A DNA stretch of 64,000 bases from Auanema rhodensis (taxonomy: Eukaryota; Animalia; Nematoda), in contig OZ059894.1 in the NCBI GenBank assembly GCA_964057225.1, forward strand, positions 14,136,001-14,200,000, written 5' to 3'. The translations under genes and the position numbers were made by a program. This document shows, in pieces, positions 1-13,896 of the stretch. Position 1 is the stretch's first letter. Each line of letters begins with the position of its first letter. The notes under the pieces are model-generated. The model was given only the letters and a program-made list of their open reading frames with translations, was not told where the DNA came from and ran no database searches.

Positions 1-287
1 TAGTGTATAGACTGCTGTGCAAGAACGATTAAGTTGTTTGATGGAAAAATGAGTTTTAAACTTAATCTATCAATTGAGCAAAAGACAAGGAAAAAAAAAG
101 TAAAAATATATGAAAGTAATTGATGTTGATTTATATTTATCTAGCTAGTATAGTATAGTATAATATATAAATTATAAATATTATTAAGGAATTTCCGTTC
201 AATGATCTTATAAGTTCATATTTACAAATAGTATATATGTATTCAGAAGTCTAGCTTACCTTAGCTGTTTGTTTTAACTGACTATTC

Positions 288-3200
288 TTATCCAAAGGAC
301 CCAAATCTTTCTGTTGTACTTGCTTTATCTGAGGATTCCATGTTGCTATAAATATATATTATTATTATATATATATATACTTAGAAAAGTATATAAATTT
401 TCACTAACGTTTATTTCCGGTTGGTCGTGGAGCATGATGAATCAACGTTGCTCCGCCGCCTTGTAATTCAGCAGTATGCAGTGTATCCGATGATTTTGCC
501 ATTTCAGTTGGCTTCTTCTGAGCTACCATGGCTGATCCAGTAGAAGGTTTAGAGCTAACGGCAGTAGGAACTGGAGGTTGAGGCTTCTGAGGTGTGGATG
601 GCACAACTGGTTGGCGCTGAGAAGGAGTAACAGCTGATTTCACGTTTTGATGTTGTTGTTGTTTTTGCTGTTGAGGTGTTGCTTGTGATTGAGCAGAAGC
701 ATGGGTCTTTGCTGAAGCTTGCGCCTGAGCTCTAGCCTGAGCTTGTAAGTCATTCTGTGCTTTAATCTGAAGAAAGATGAATACAAAATTTAATCAAAGT
801 GTCCTACTTGAGCATCTTTTTGTGCTTTGAGAGCTTGTGATCGCGCTTGAGCTTCAGCTTGAGCTTTAGCCTAAAAATATCTTCTTTGAGCATAGTCTTA
901 TTTTTTTACACTACCTGAGCTTCTTCTTGAGCTTTTTTGACGGATAATGCTCGAGCTTGAGCTTCTGCTTGCGCCTTAGCTTTTGCCTCCGCTTGAGCTT
1001 TTTGAGCAGCTTGAGCTCTAGCTTGAGCTTCTGCTTGAGCTCTGGCTTGAGCCTCTTCTTGAGCCTTTTTAAGGGATAATGCTCGAGCCTGAGCTTGAGC
1101 TTGAGCATTTGCTTGCGCTTCTGCTTGAGCTTTTTGGGCAGCTAGCATACGTTGCTGAGCTTCACTTTGTGCTTTAGCCTGAGCTTCCTGAGCTTTCTTC
1201 AAAGCTTCTTCTTGTGCTTTTTTTGCTTGCTCTTGCGCGACTTGTAAAGCTCGAGCTTGAGCTATTCGAGCCTCTGCAGCTTTTCTTTCAGCGTCAGCTT
1301 GCTCACGAGCCTATAAACGATTCATAAACATGTATATACTCTATAAACAACTTACAGCTTGTTCTTTAGCTTCCATCTCAGCTTGATTAAACTGACCACC
1401 ATTTTTCTAAATTTCAATCAACTACTTTAAAGAAGTAATTTGAACAATTACCTGATGCTGTGCCTGTGCTACTTTTGCGGCTGCTGCTTGTATGGCAGCA
1501 GCTTGCTGAGCCTTAAAAAGCAAGATTAGATTCAAGGATTCAGAAATCTAAGATTATGTATTCACCTTGGCTATCTGTTGTTGCTGGAGCATTCGTTGTC
1601 GTTCTTCCAATGCCTTCTTCTCTTGTTCTGTTTTTTCGACTACAGCTGGACTAGAAACGACGACTTCATTCGCTTCAAAGATTAACCCTTATTTTCATTT
1701 TAAAATAAAGTTCAAACTTTGTTGTTGATTAGCCAAACTCAGAATTTGACCTAGTACAGCTTCTTTAGCTTGTTGTGGATTCGATGTAGCTGGTGCTACT
1801 GGTTGATTACCTCCTAATACTCTGAAGCCTGAACTACGACGAGGCTGGATGATAACCTAAAGTTGTAACAATTAGTGTTGAAATCCTAATTTTTAACAAA
1901 GTGCTTTAGATATTTCAAATTTCAAGAAATAAAAAACAAGAAGTAACCTCGTCATCTGACTCTTCTTCCGAAGATGTAGCATCATGTCGTTCACTTCCTA
2001 AAATAAAATAATTAATGTAAATTCAGATAATATAAATATATTTTTTTAATAATTTAAAAACTATACTATGTGTTGTGTTCCACTCAAATAGAATCTAATC
2101 TAATTCAATCAAATTAAAAAATAAAATAAAGATGAAAACCGTTAGTGAAAACTCATCACGCCAAAGTTTTCAAAAGATCACATTGTACGGGCATAAACAT
2201 GATTTTTAATTTCTCAATTTTGATAGTTTATTCAAAAAGGTAAAGTTGAGAAATCATTCCAACCTATCCAACAACTACTGCTTGCTGTTCCGGGAAGCTG
2301 AGGTACAAGTCCAAATAAGTTGAAAGGGCCTAGAAGGGATCCAAGAAATATGTTTTTTTATTTTGGATACTTCAAATGTAAGTGGTGTCCAAATTGAGGT
2401 AAGTAAGAAAAACATTAGTTTTACTTAAAAATTTAAATTTCATTTGAATTAAAGATTAAGTAATTGGATTAAAACATTACAAAACATTTTTCAAAAAGAC
2501 ATTGATGATATTGGAGAAAAAAAAAGAAACTTTTACACAGATTAACTTTTCCTCAACAAATATCTTCGATCTGTCTTTTAATCGGACAATTTATGAAAAA
2601 AATATTTAGTTGAATTTGAGTAAACGAAATTCTTCAACTTTTCTTCACATAATTATTTATATTTTATTTTATTAAACACAACGTAGGTGGCTAAAAGCCA
2701 GCTGACCTATTGTTAGATGAAAACGACAGAAAACATGAGGTTGAATTACTTTGGAAACTATAGAATTGAAGTTTTAAAATAAGATAATAAACACAAAATA
2801 TAAAAGATAACATATATTAAAAATATATTTAAAGATTAGAATTGTTTTTCATTTTTTAATTTTTATAATATATTAGAATGTATCCAATATTTTAATAAAG
2901 TTGTAAGCATGTATACAGGTTGAAGGATTTTTCGGAATGCAAACTTTAATAAACTTGTATCAATCAGATTATTATTATAATATTTATACATATTATGTAT
3001 ATATATTGTGTTATTTATTATTTATTTGTCTATGAAAATTATTTTATTCTTCTATTATTCTGAAAAAAAATTAAAAATATAACTGAAAATAAAATTTTGA
3101 ATATCGTTGTTTCTCAAAAATAATAGACATATGTATGTATTACACAGCATGGGTATGCAGAATTTCGATTGATTAGTAGGAAAACAAATGAAAACGTTTA

Positions 3201-3322
3201 ATTATATGTTAATTATTAAATTATTATATATAATTATTTATTTCATATATACATATATTAATATTATTTATTTAAATTAGTACAGGAAATATGAATCATG
3301 AAGGCTTACCTCTAGCCGGCAT
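288..3322 (-). CDS. Low-complexity Ala/Gln/Lys-rich, probably coiled-coil protein; multi-exon, function unknown
   Basis: Spliced frame reads MPARGSERHDATSSEEESDDEVIIQPRRSSGFR...(AQAEAQARAQ)n...PTWNPQIKQVQQKRFGSFG*. Includes ORFs 906-1202 and 404-643, with GT-AG junctions. Start codon inferred. Confidence 0.65.
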
Positions 3323-3768
3323 ATCGTCGTCTCGTTTCAACAACAACTGCTTGGAAACCTTTTTCTCTGTTTCATCTATGCGTTCTTCATTTTCTTCTCT
3401 CCCTATTCTTTATTCTATTTCTTTCTCTCTCTTTATTTTGACTTGTGAAAGTTAGGGGGAGGAGGAGGAAAATGTTGAGAGATGAAAGAAAATCATCATC
3501 CGTCTCTAAGATTACAGAGTTTCTGAACTGAGCATTGAAAAGCTTTGAAAATGTTAAGAAAAACTGCAAAAGAAGATATAAAAGCTTGAACACCAGACTA
3601 AAAATTGTTTGAAGTACGGAGGTCATTTACTGGATAATACTGAATGACAAAAAGCTGATTGATTAGGCTATTACAGCAGAAGTTACGCGCATGAATTTTG
3701 AAAGAAAGAAAAGTTGTTAACAATCAAATCAAGATAGAACTTTGAACGAAATAGCTTAGTAATAATAA

Positions 3769-3772
<4 letters not shown>

Positions 3773-3811
<39 letters not shown>
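3773..3811. repeat. (TA)n microsatellite
   Basis: Uninterrupted TA dinucleotide run. Confidence 0.95.
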
Positions 3812-3816
<5 letters not shown>

Positions 3817-4039
3817 TTAAATTAATTATCATTTTATTATAATTAATCAGATTGAAATCTTTAATTTTTTTATGAAAAATGAGAGAGAAAGTGATTATGT
3901 TATAATATGTTTAAGACTTTAAGATAAGATATCAATATTGTACTTAAATAGTGTTTATAGTTTCATTTATATTAAAATATTATAACAAACAAATGATATA
4001 ATTTCAAAAGAACAAGAACATATGTATACTTACATACGA

Positions 4040-5589
4040 TTAATTTTTCATATAACGGTGTGATTCATTGAGTTTTCGAGTTTTTTCTAGTGCAGATCGA
4101 TTTGTCAAGCTTTTCTGTTTTCTTAAAATAGGTAAATGATTAATAAAAGGATTATCATGTTGTTCAATAATATCTGCTCCAGCATCATGTTTTCGAGAAA
4201 TTATAATAGGATATCGATATGATTCTGATTCTTTACGAAGTTTTCCAGAATGAATTTCCAACTAAAATTATATTAATATGATTAATATATAAAATATATT
4301 TACCCATATATAATAATTTACATTAATTAAATGACTTTGCATTGTTTGTACAACAGCTGGAACTGTTATATTACATTGAATGACTTCTTTTGAATCCGGT
4401 AAAATGTGGATACACTGAAATTATTTATATATTGTATAGTATAATATAATAAATATAAAGATATAATAATACATTTTTTGATTCAGCAACTGGAAGACAT
4501 TCCATTTCAGTATTGAATTTCATATTTGTTAATCTTTCTTGAAAATTTTCAGAAATTATATCCGAATTATCTCCTATTTTATATTGAGCTTCTTGTAAAA
4601 TTTTAATTGTTGCCTAAATAAATTAAATAAAATTCTTTTCTTTTTTCAATTTAATATTAACCTTACAAAGAAGACGATTTGAATTATTCTCAATATCTGC
4701 TTCAAATTGTATATCTTCTCCTGGATAAAATACTTTTTTATTTAATCGAAAACACTGCAAAAATTGTTTTTTTTTAATTGAAAACGTTATCTGAGAAATG
4801 TTTTACCGTAATTGTAATCCGTTTGTTTCGTTCAACATTAGATGTTCTATGCTCAATATTTCTAAAGTATTCAATTGGATATTCAACTGTATCCTTATGA
4901 ACAACTAATAAAATATATAAATATATTATTTATTATTATATAAATATAATAATCAAACCTGTAATTAAATTTTTTTCCATTTTTAAAAAACGATCATCTA
5001 CTTGCACACAAATCTCATATCTGACATAACCATAAAAACCTTAAAACATAATTTATATTAATTATAAATAATTTAAATTTAAAGTTTTACCTTCAAAGCT
5101 TACTGGACAATTTTTTGGTAAATGAAATCGAATAGGAAACTGATTACGTCCAGCATTAACTGTTGTATTACATGGTGTTGTAAACCATACTGTATTCTTT
5201 TCTTCAATATATAACAATTCTGTACAACATTGTTGTTTCAAATTAACACTATAATTAAAATATTTAATATATTTAAAATTATTTTAATTATTTCATTTTT
5301 AATATTATTATTAAAAACATTTCTTACCTTTCAGTTGCTGTTGGATTTGTTGTATTTTTATGTGTTCTTGAACGACCATAGATAGAAACAGTTACACATA
5401 GTTTGGGCTAAAATAAAATTAATTATACATATACATATAAATTAAAAATATAAAACAAACTTTAAGTTTTTTAACTAAATCCATGACAACAACACCAGAA
5501 ACTAACTGGCCAGGTAAATAAATCCTTGTAGGATTATCAAATTTGACAAAAATTTTAGATCTTTTAAATTTGATACAAGATGGAAACAT
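4040..5589 (-). CDS. Alpha-arrestin / arrestin-domain-containing protein (arrd family)
   Basis: Exons translate to FVKFDNPTRIYLPGQLVSGVVVMDL, GRNQFPIRFHLPKNCPVSFEG..GYVRY and NKKVFYPGEDIQFEADIEN, typical of arrestin N and C domains. Confidence 0.85.
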
Positions 5590-5872
5590 TTTCAACAAAT
5601 AATTTGAAATTCAAATCTTATTGATGAATTTGATATGATATTAATAGAAAGAATACGAATTATATCATGATTAAAATTATAATCTGTTCAAACACTAATA
5701 TTATAATCAATACATAAATATATATTGTATAAAAACTTATAAAATTTTTAATTTATTTATAAATATAAACAAATTAATTTTTTTTGCTTTTTTCAATAAA
5801 ATAAAATATTTATTCTAAATCTAAACAAAACATTTATGAATTCATGAAAAACTTTTGAAAGTATGGAATGGA

Positions 5873-5888
5873 GGGGGGGGGGGGGGGG
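5873..5888 (+). repeat. Poly-G tract (G16), G-quadruplex capable
   Basis: 16 consecutive G in an otherwise very AT-rich intergenic region. Confidence 0.9.
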
Positions 5889-6617
5889 AGTTTTACAGAA
5901 CAAACACCAAATGAATGATGTCAAAGCTCAAATATGATGGTGTTTGTTTGTTGTTCTCATGATCATACATGATGTGCACATTGTTCAAAAGAATTTTCAA
6001 TTAATTTTTTAATTTTTGTAAAAAATTTGATATTGCGTTGGCGGAAGAACACTGATTATTTGGAATTATATCACTTAAAAAGCTTTGACGTAATTAAATT
6101 ATTTTACATGACGTGTAAGGTGAAACTGTTTTTGATGACAATATGAAAAATGATGAAATATATTTATAAATTATTTAATCTTATAACCATATGTAATATA
6201 TTAATTTCAAAAATATCATTCTTTGAACTTATTTTGAAAAACAAATCATATCCTTTCATCAACAAATATGAACAACAAATTGTACTAAACATATTAAATA
6301 CTTATAGATAAACAGATATAATTATCTAATAATAAATAAATATTATATTTGAATGATGTATATCATTTTGAATTGCATTTCTATCTCTAGTTTGACTTAT
6401 GACCTCAACACCATTTGAAATTATTTGATTTTACTAACAGAAATAACATGACGTTTCTTCATTTAAGCTCATCATATTATTAATAAAAACTAAAATAAAT
6501 ACAAATGAAATAAAGCAGCATTTGTTTAAATATGAATAACCTTTAATCCATTTTTTTTTTGGATTAGTATTTAAGTTAAGGAGGAAGCTACGTTAATCAT
6601 CATTCCAATAGTACAAT

Positions 6618-7539
6618 ATGAAGCTTATCTTTGTCATTTTAATTATAATCGCTAAATCTGAAAGCAGTAAGATTCATGTAAGCAGTTAACTAAATATTCT
6701 ATAATTCTGTCATATTTAGCTTTATAACAGATGCCCATTCACTGTTTGGCCGGGAATCGTAGGATCATCCATTCCAAGTAATGGAGGATTCCGGTTAGTT
6801 CCTGAAGAGCGTCGAGATATTCATGTGCCTGAAGGTTGGACTGCTGGTAAAATCTGGGCTCGTCGTGATTGCGATCAGAACTTCAAATGCTCCACTGGAT
6901 CTTGTGGTGTACGTAATACACGAAACTCTAATTGAAATGAAAATTACTATTTTCAGAATAAATTGGAATGTAATGGTAGTACCGGTGAACCTCCATTCAC
7001 AACAGCTGAATTCACTCTGAATGGTCATGCTAATCAAGATTATTACGATGTAACCCATGTCAATGGTTATAATTTACCAATTTTCATCGAACCATTGCCT
7101 AATACATTCACAACAAATAGGGAAAATAACGACTGTAAGCGAGCCGGAGGATGTTTTACCGTAAGATTAGTATAGAAATTTGAAAAATAAATTGCAACAT
7201 ACAGGATCCAAATCAAAGCTGTCCTCAAGAGCTACAAATAAGATTTGGTAGTTTCGTCGTTGGATGCAAGAGTGCTTGTATCGGTTTTAATACTGATCAG
7301 TTTTGTTGTCGAGGCAAGTTTAATAAACCTGAAACGTGCATCACAGATGATTGGTCAGTAAATACAGCACAGATATTCAAGGTAATTGGATAATTTAGTT
7401 TTATAAATTACAATTTTTACTTTATTAGGATGGTTGTCCTGCTGCTTATAGTTTTACTTTTGACGACGAAACATCTTTATTTGTCTGTAGAGGAACAAAT
7501 GGACTTAAAAGTGCCGATTATGTTGTCCAGTTTTGTTAA
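6618..7539 (+). CDS. Thaumatin-like secreted protein (thn family)
   Basis: Signal peptide, then YNRCPFTVWPG, GKIWARRDC, PPFTTAEFTL, DYYDVTHVNGYN, GCKSAC and CPAAYSFTFDD, ending YVVQFC*. Confidence 0.93.
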
Positions 7540-8575
7540 TCAAGTTCTAGAATTCAAATAGAAAAAGAACATCATTAACGAAATGGTTCAAAATAATAAT
7601 AAATTTATATGAATATATTAATAAAACCTTAATAATTATTTATTTATTTCTAATATTATTTATTTTTTATATTATAATATATTATATTTATTAATTTTTA
7701 AATAAATTATTGATTGTAAATTAATTGAATTGAGTTTTAGTAAATATATAAATAAATATACAAAATAGTTTAAATAAGAATGATACATCATCTATATCTT
7801 CGATAAAAAAACATATTATGTTAGGTTAACTTTGAATTTTCCTGATCCGGTCCAATTCAGACTTCTAACATTTGCCTGAGCTATCATAACTTTATAAAGT
7901 ACCGGGTATGTACAAACCAAATCGGATGAAAATGTTTAAGAAGGGGGGTGTAGATATTCAACACCTGGGAAAATACTCCTGTTTTCCGGGTATTATCCAA
8001 ACCTGGTACTCATATTTCTAAATAAAACTTCCTGGCAAACTAATTTTTGAACCTCATCTGCGTTGATTATGACTTCACATCACAAATGTTGAACACTCAT
8101 GTGAAATAATCATAAAAGAACGTCTGTTCTCAGACTATGAGACCATGAGATAAACAGAAAAGAACAACAACTGACCAAAAACTATGTTTCTTCTTTTAGG
8201 TGGATCTTTAATGTATGCGTGATCTCGCAGAATTCCGTCAAGAACCTTAATATAAAACTTGTTCTAGCTTTTCAACTCATGTGAAGATATCATGATATTA
8301 TTACAAAACTTTTACCCATCAACATGCATCTAGTCATATGATGATGTAAAATTTATGTTTCTTTTAGAACATCTAAAGACCGTAAAAGCCCTCATTATAT
8401 GGATTTCATTCGTAAACATTGAACAATTCTATAATATTACTTATATTTTTTTTCCGTTTGTTATATATTGAATATTAAAAATGAGCTTTGAAATGAGATT
8501 TATGATGACATGATCAATAAATTTTAGATACAATTAGTAATGAATTATCAAATATAACTTGATGTACAACTCATC

Positions 8576-9407
8576 TTATCCCAAAACCCGTCGATAGAAT
8601 GCAGTGTATGCTTCGGTATCTACATTAGTCTCAGCTCTAACTTTCATAATCAAGCGATCGTGATTTGGTTGCTCGAATTGTCTTTCAAACTAAATATGAA
8701 GCATAAATTTCGTTAATTTCTCCAAAGTACCTCGCGAATTTCCAAATCATTACGGTTACCAACATCAAAGCTTCGTCTCAAATATTGTTTCAAGTGGAAT
8801 GTCATAGTATCTCCTTTAACTTGTCCCTGTTCCATCATAGACCATCCTTAATAACACAAATTGTCATTCACAAAGTTATATCAGAAGCTATTTACCTTCA
8901 CTAGAGGTGGTAAGATAGGCAACATGTACTCGAGGATCTCTTCTTGTAGCATTTTTAACTGGCATATAACCATAGTCATGACGTAATACTTGCCCATTTT
9001 GATAGTATGTATGACTGAAAGTAAAATAATTTAATTTTGTATTAAAATAACTTGAATTCTAATAAGATCTTACGTGATATTAACTGCTCTAGCTCCGAAT
9101 TTGGGAATTGGATTGATAGAATAATCAATTTGATCTGGTGGTGGTAAATCCTAAATCTTCTTTTCACATATATCTCTTATAATTTCAATCATACCCTTGA
9201 TCTTCCATTTAGACTTTCTAATGCCCATAATCCAATAATATTTTGAACTGGACGTAAATCAAAGGGCATTTTATTCAAATCATATTCTATATAAAGAAAA
9301 TATTGTAAAGCATTAAAATAGTATTATGATAGAGACTTACTATCTTCATATCTTGCACCTACTAAAACAGCCAATACTATAACTCCCAAAATAATTTTAT
9401 GAGTCAT
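8576..9407 (-). CDS. Secreted nitrobindin/THAP4-like beta-barrel protein
   Basis: Signal peptide; DLRPVQNIIGLW...HDYGYM...VAYLTTSSEGWSMMEQG...FERQF...AFYRRVLG* follows the THAP4 heme-binding (DUF1794) fold pattern. Confidence 0.7.
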
Positions 9408-9799
9408 TCTATAAGTATTATGAATTAGTTTATAATATTATACACTATCAATCTTAATAAATATCAATGCAAATTATATGAAGATGGATTTTAAGAATTT
9501 CCATATAGAACTTTCTCGATATCGCAAACAGGATTGTTGGCTGACAAACTATGAAACTATGATGTGGGCTTGAATGCTGTAGATGATACAAGATGCCGAA
9601 CATAAAACTAAAATTTCCATCTCTGATCACAGAAGTTTTCCGGCTATTTGGAACGAATAGGCTATTATTTTTCATGGAAATTCTAGATATGGATTTGAAA
9701 AAAGTTAAAAATAAAATATAATTGGAATATATTCAAAAAGAATAAATATAAAAATATTTCTTACACATTACGTATAATTTTAAAACAAAATAAAAAAAT

Positions 9800-11070
9800 C
9801 AATTCATTTAGACATTGATTCAAGAATCCAGAAGAACAAAGATAGTATATTAAGCTAACAAAAGCAGTAAATGGTGATCGAAAACTGGCTGACTGAAGAA
9901 TGATTGTCAGAAAAAGCCTAAAAAGTCATTTTATTTCAAAAAGGAGAAGAAAAGAAAAGCCACAGACAAACAGTCTTGGGAAGAATGATAATGATGACGA
10001 TAATAGAAGTTATCAAATAAAATTCCTCTTTCTTTTTTCATAGACTGGTTCTCTTTCCATCCTGAAGTAAATCCGAGAACAAAAGTCCCTTTGCAGGACT
10101 ACATTTGATTACAACTTTTAAAAAAACTTTTTTTTAAATAAAACAAAATAATTATATTTCATCTAAAACACAATAAGTATGAAATGTTCAGCTTATTTGA
10201 AGAAAATAATTTTTTTCAACAAATCAGCTTGTTATACGAGAAGACTGCTTAAAGACGTCATAATATATTGTACTGTTCTCTAGTTGGACAATGAATGATG
10301 CTTCTTCATTAACCAAGCCTCTAAGAAACATGTTCAACAACTAGTCATACACCCTTTTCAATTTAATAAAAGTACTTGATGCCAGTATTAAAACCTATAG
10401 CTAGCTTTAAACTATCATCATTAGAGCTATCATACATAAGAGAAACAGTGAAAAACAACGAAAAGCATATATAAGTTCATTCATATGAAATTATTCATCA
10501 AAAATGTCAACGACCGTTCCCAGTGTATAAATTTAAAAAATAATATTTTTATAAAGGAATACGCTTGAAACAAAAAGAGAAAGAAATAAGTTTAATAAAT
10601 ATAATTCAACCTTCTTAATTAGCAGAAGAGGTGTTCGTAAGAAATCTTGATGTAGAGTCTGAAAGATTCAAAGATTGGCGAGAATCAGGAAATAACCTCC
10701 GTAATTCATATCACTATCTCTATTTCTCAAACATTTTGTATCATCAATTTCTCATAAAGACAACTTCACATTTGTCTTAAACCGGACCGAATGATAAAGG
10801 GAAAGTAGAGAGATGAAGGACGAACACGATATGATTTGAAGAGTCAAAGAAACATTGGCTACTTTGAAATATATATGGGTTTTTGTTGAATATTAATACA
10901 AACTTATTTATGTTTATTTCATTTTCATCAACCAATGGTCAATTCTGAATAAGAAGAAAAAGAAATTTACATGTATAATTCAACCATTGTTGGGAAAATT
11001 AATTTTGAATGTTTTTTTTCTCAATATAGACGAGCATCTTCTTATTTTCTACAACCTGTTTCATTTCAGG
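9800..11070 (-). pseudogene. Decayed multi-exon gene or spliced lncRNA directly downstream of BTBD9
   Basis: Repeated acceptor/exon/donor blocks with short AT-rich spacers, but in-frame stops in the frames tried. The first acceptor (11071) lies about 76 nt after the BTBD9 AATAAA. Confidence 0.3.
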
Positions 11071-11425
11071 CTGAAACAAAATATATTAATAACACATATG
11101 TACAATTAAATCAATTCTATGTAATTAAAGATGAAACATAGAAAAATGTTTATTTTAAAATATTTAGACTTGGATTTAACAATAACACTGTATTTGGAAT
11201 AGACCTTGATGAAGATACATCGAATGAGTTATCATACAAACTAACCAAATGTATTTCAATCTGAATTTTACAAATAATATACACATTCACCAGGAAATCG
11301 ATATGTACATCATGCTATATACAATATTTTCAAAAAAAAGTATGGCAATTTATAACTACAAAGGCAAAGATTGAGCTAAATACTAAAGCTTGTTATTAAG
11401 TATATTCATAATAATGAATAGAGAT

Positions 11426-13896
11426 TCAATTTTGAGCGATCTCCATAGGAGATATAACCGATCTGCTACCAGGGGAAGCATTTTTGGCACTAGGGCATTC
11501 GAAATGTACACAGTGAAAAACCTAAGAACAGTCACTAAGATAAATTCATGACAATGCGCTTACCTCATTAGCTGAATTGTACGTCCCTACAATTCTGATG
11601 AAAATAGCAACTTCTGGAGGAAAGTTAATAACCTGCCAGCTTCTGAAAAAAAAACGTAGAAATTAAATAACTTTTTACTGTTTAAAGACCTGCAGTGCAA
11701 CTCTGTTCTATCAGCTACTTTTGTCCAATGTTCTCTATTAGTGGAAATCTCAATGTAGTATGAGTAATAACGATCATCACAATCCCATAACAATAACCTG
11801 ATATAACTTCTATTTAGAAGCGAAAAATTTAAAAAAAAACCTCATAGTACTGATAATATAAGGCTGATTAAGCTGGATGGTTATACATCCACTTTCCAAT
11901 TGATGGCATGTATATCCACTATCCCAGTCATATCCTGTTGTCTAAAGATTGATTTATAGTCATTTATTTAAAAATTAAAATTGTACTTCTCCGTTTAAAA
12001 GACAATTTCGACAACGAGCTACACCTTCAAGTACGGTTGCAAAGTTCTCAATAGTGGCAATGTTACAACTTGGAACTGGATTTAACAATAAATAAAATTA
12101 ATATATATAGGCCACTTACTTATCACTCCATTCTTTTCATCAGTTTCGGGAATTTCTTGGAAATAAAAAGCTTCGAATAAGTAAAGATGAACAATTCTAC
12201 TCTCAGAATTATGAGTTCCCACTATTCGAATAAATCTAAACAAGCAAAAATTACAATATCAAAAACTTTGAAAAAAAAAACTTACCGTACAACACGTGGT
12301 CGGAAGTGAATGACTTGCCTAGCACGACACAAGTATTTAGTGTAATCTACAACTCGAACCCAGTCACGACAATCCATGCTAACCTAAAGACATGAAGAAA
12401 CGACAAAACTGAACGTTTTCGAAATTTTTATGTTACCTCAACAACATAGCTATACATTCGAGCATCCCGTTCTGGGAAATGAAACTTCAAGGTATTGATA
12501 ATATAAGGATTTCCTAATTGAATGGTTACTCCCTTTTCATCACCAATATAATGCCTCGTCAGAAAAAGATCAGTTTCATACATAGTATGTACTGAAATTG
12601 ATATTTAAAAAAGTCATATTTAAACTTTAAAAGAATAAAATACCAGGTAGCTCTCCAGAGAGCAAACTATTTGGGCTTTCACCGTATATGACTACAGCAC
12701 CAAGTTGAGGCGTAGCAACATTCACATCAGGTGCTATAAAAAAGAATATTGCTTTCATTAAATAAATACCTACTCATAAATCCTCTATGCATTAAATCTG
12801 TCGTTCTTTTACTTGTTTGCTCCTCAATAGCATCTAATAAAGTGTCAGGATCGAGCAAATTAGATGGACGAACAATATTTAGTAAATCTGTTTGCCCAAT
12901 CAAAGGTAGACGAAGACACTTCATCAAAGTTGGAGCAAATGCTTCCTAATTAAATTAGAAAAATACAGCTATGCAGATATTAACTTACTCGCGAGACAGC
13001 ATCGAACTTAATCCACTCTCGGATAGCATTAAAAATTTCGATTTCAGGAGCACAAAAGGAATCTCGTGATATCAGTTGCATAACAGCACCCAAACATAAC
13101 TGAGAAAATCCCTACAAAAAAAAACAAAAGGTCATCAAAGTTTTAGTAAAAAACTTACAGTTGTCGTAATAATTTCTGAAGCGTTTCTATCAGCGAATAC
13201 TAGGCAATATTCTGTGAGGTCTTTTAAGGCAAATAGTAAAGTGACATTGAAAATATTGCATAAATTTCTAGTATTTAAAACTGCCTACAACATTATTATT
13301 ACTGTTTGATTAATTAAAATGAAAGAACTTTTAAGTAATCAGATATAGAACTTTGAAGTTTAGGAAAACCATATTTATGAGCCAAAGCAAGAACATCCAA
13401 AACCATATCTTCTTTGTGATTTTCTAAAGTAAGTCGTCCACAATATATATATCTAAAACAAAAACATTTTTTTATCAGCTATTCATCAAATGTCTTTACT
13501 TCATTAAGAGGCGAAAGGCTTGCTTATTTTTTTCGTTAATATGTACTTCGCGAGACTCACTTTCTTTCATGCCACCAAAAAATAAAGCTCTAAAATACAC
13601 AAATTTAAATATTATATGTTCTGTTCAAACGCTTACCTAAAGTATTCACTTCTAGCTGCTAAAACAATTTTATGTACATCAAATCTTTCATTTTCAACTA
13701 TTAAAGTAACATCACAAAACTCTGGTTTCATAAATAATGCTTCAAAACTTTCTGATAAGAAAAGAGAATGATCTATTTCTCCGCATGCTCCTAAATGAGT
13801 TTAAAAATTAAAAAAAATAGATAGCTAAATCAAACCTGGACTTACATCCATTAAGCCATCAGATATTAATTTTATAATATTTTGATTATTACTCAT
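11426..13896 (-). CDS. hpo-9: BTB/POZ domain-containing protein 9 (BTBD9): BTB + BACK + two discoidin-like domains
   Basis: VHKIVLAARSEYF, DSFCAPEIEIF, LRLPLI, MLWDCDDRYYSYYIEIST and VFHCVHFECP motifs across the spliced exons. Confidence 0.92.

Noticed and set aside
700-1310. Repetitive GCTTGAGC-type units suggesting a repeat array or CRISPR
   Set aside because: They are the coding repeats of an Ala-Gln-rich protein in a eukaryotic gene, with no repeat-spacer structure.
7852-7866. CCAATTCAGACTTCT resembling RNase P CR-V
   Set aside because: No complementary CR-I lies upstream, and the flanking DNA is nearly pure AT.
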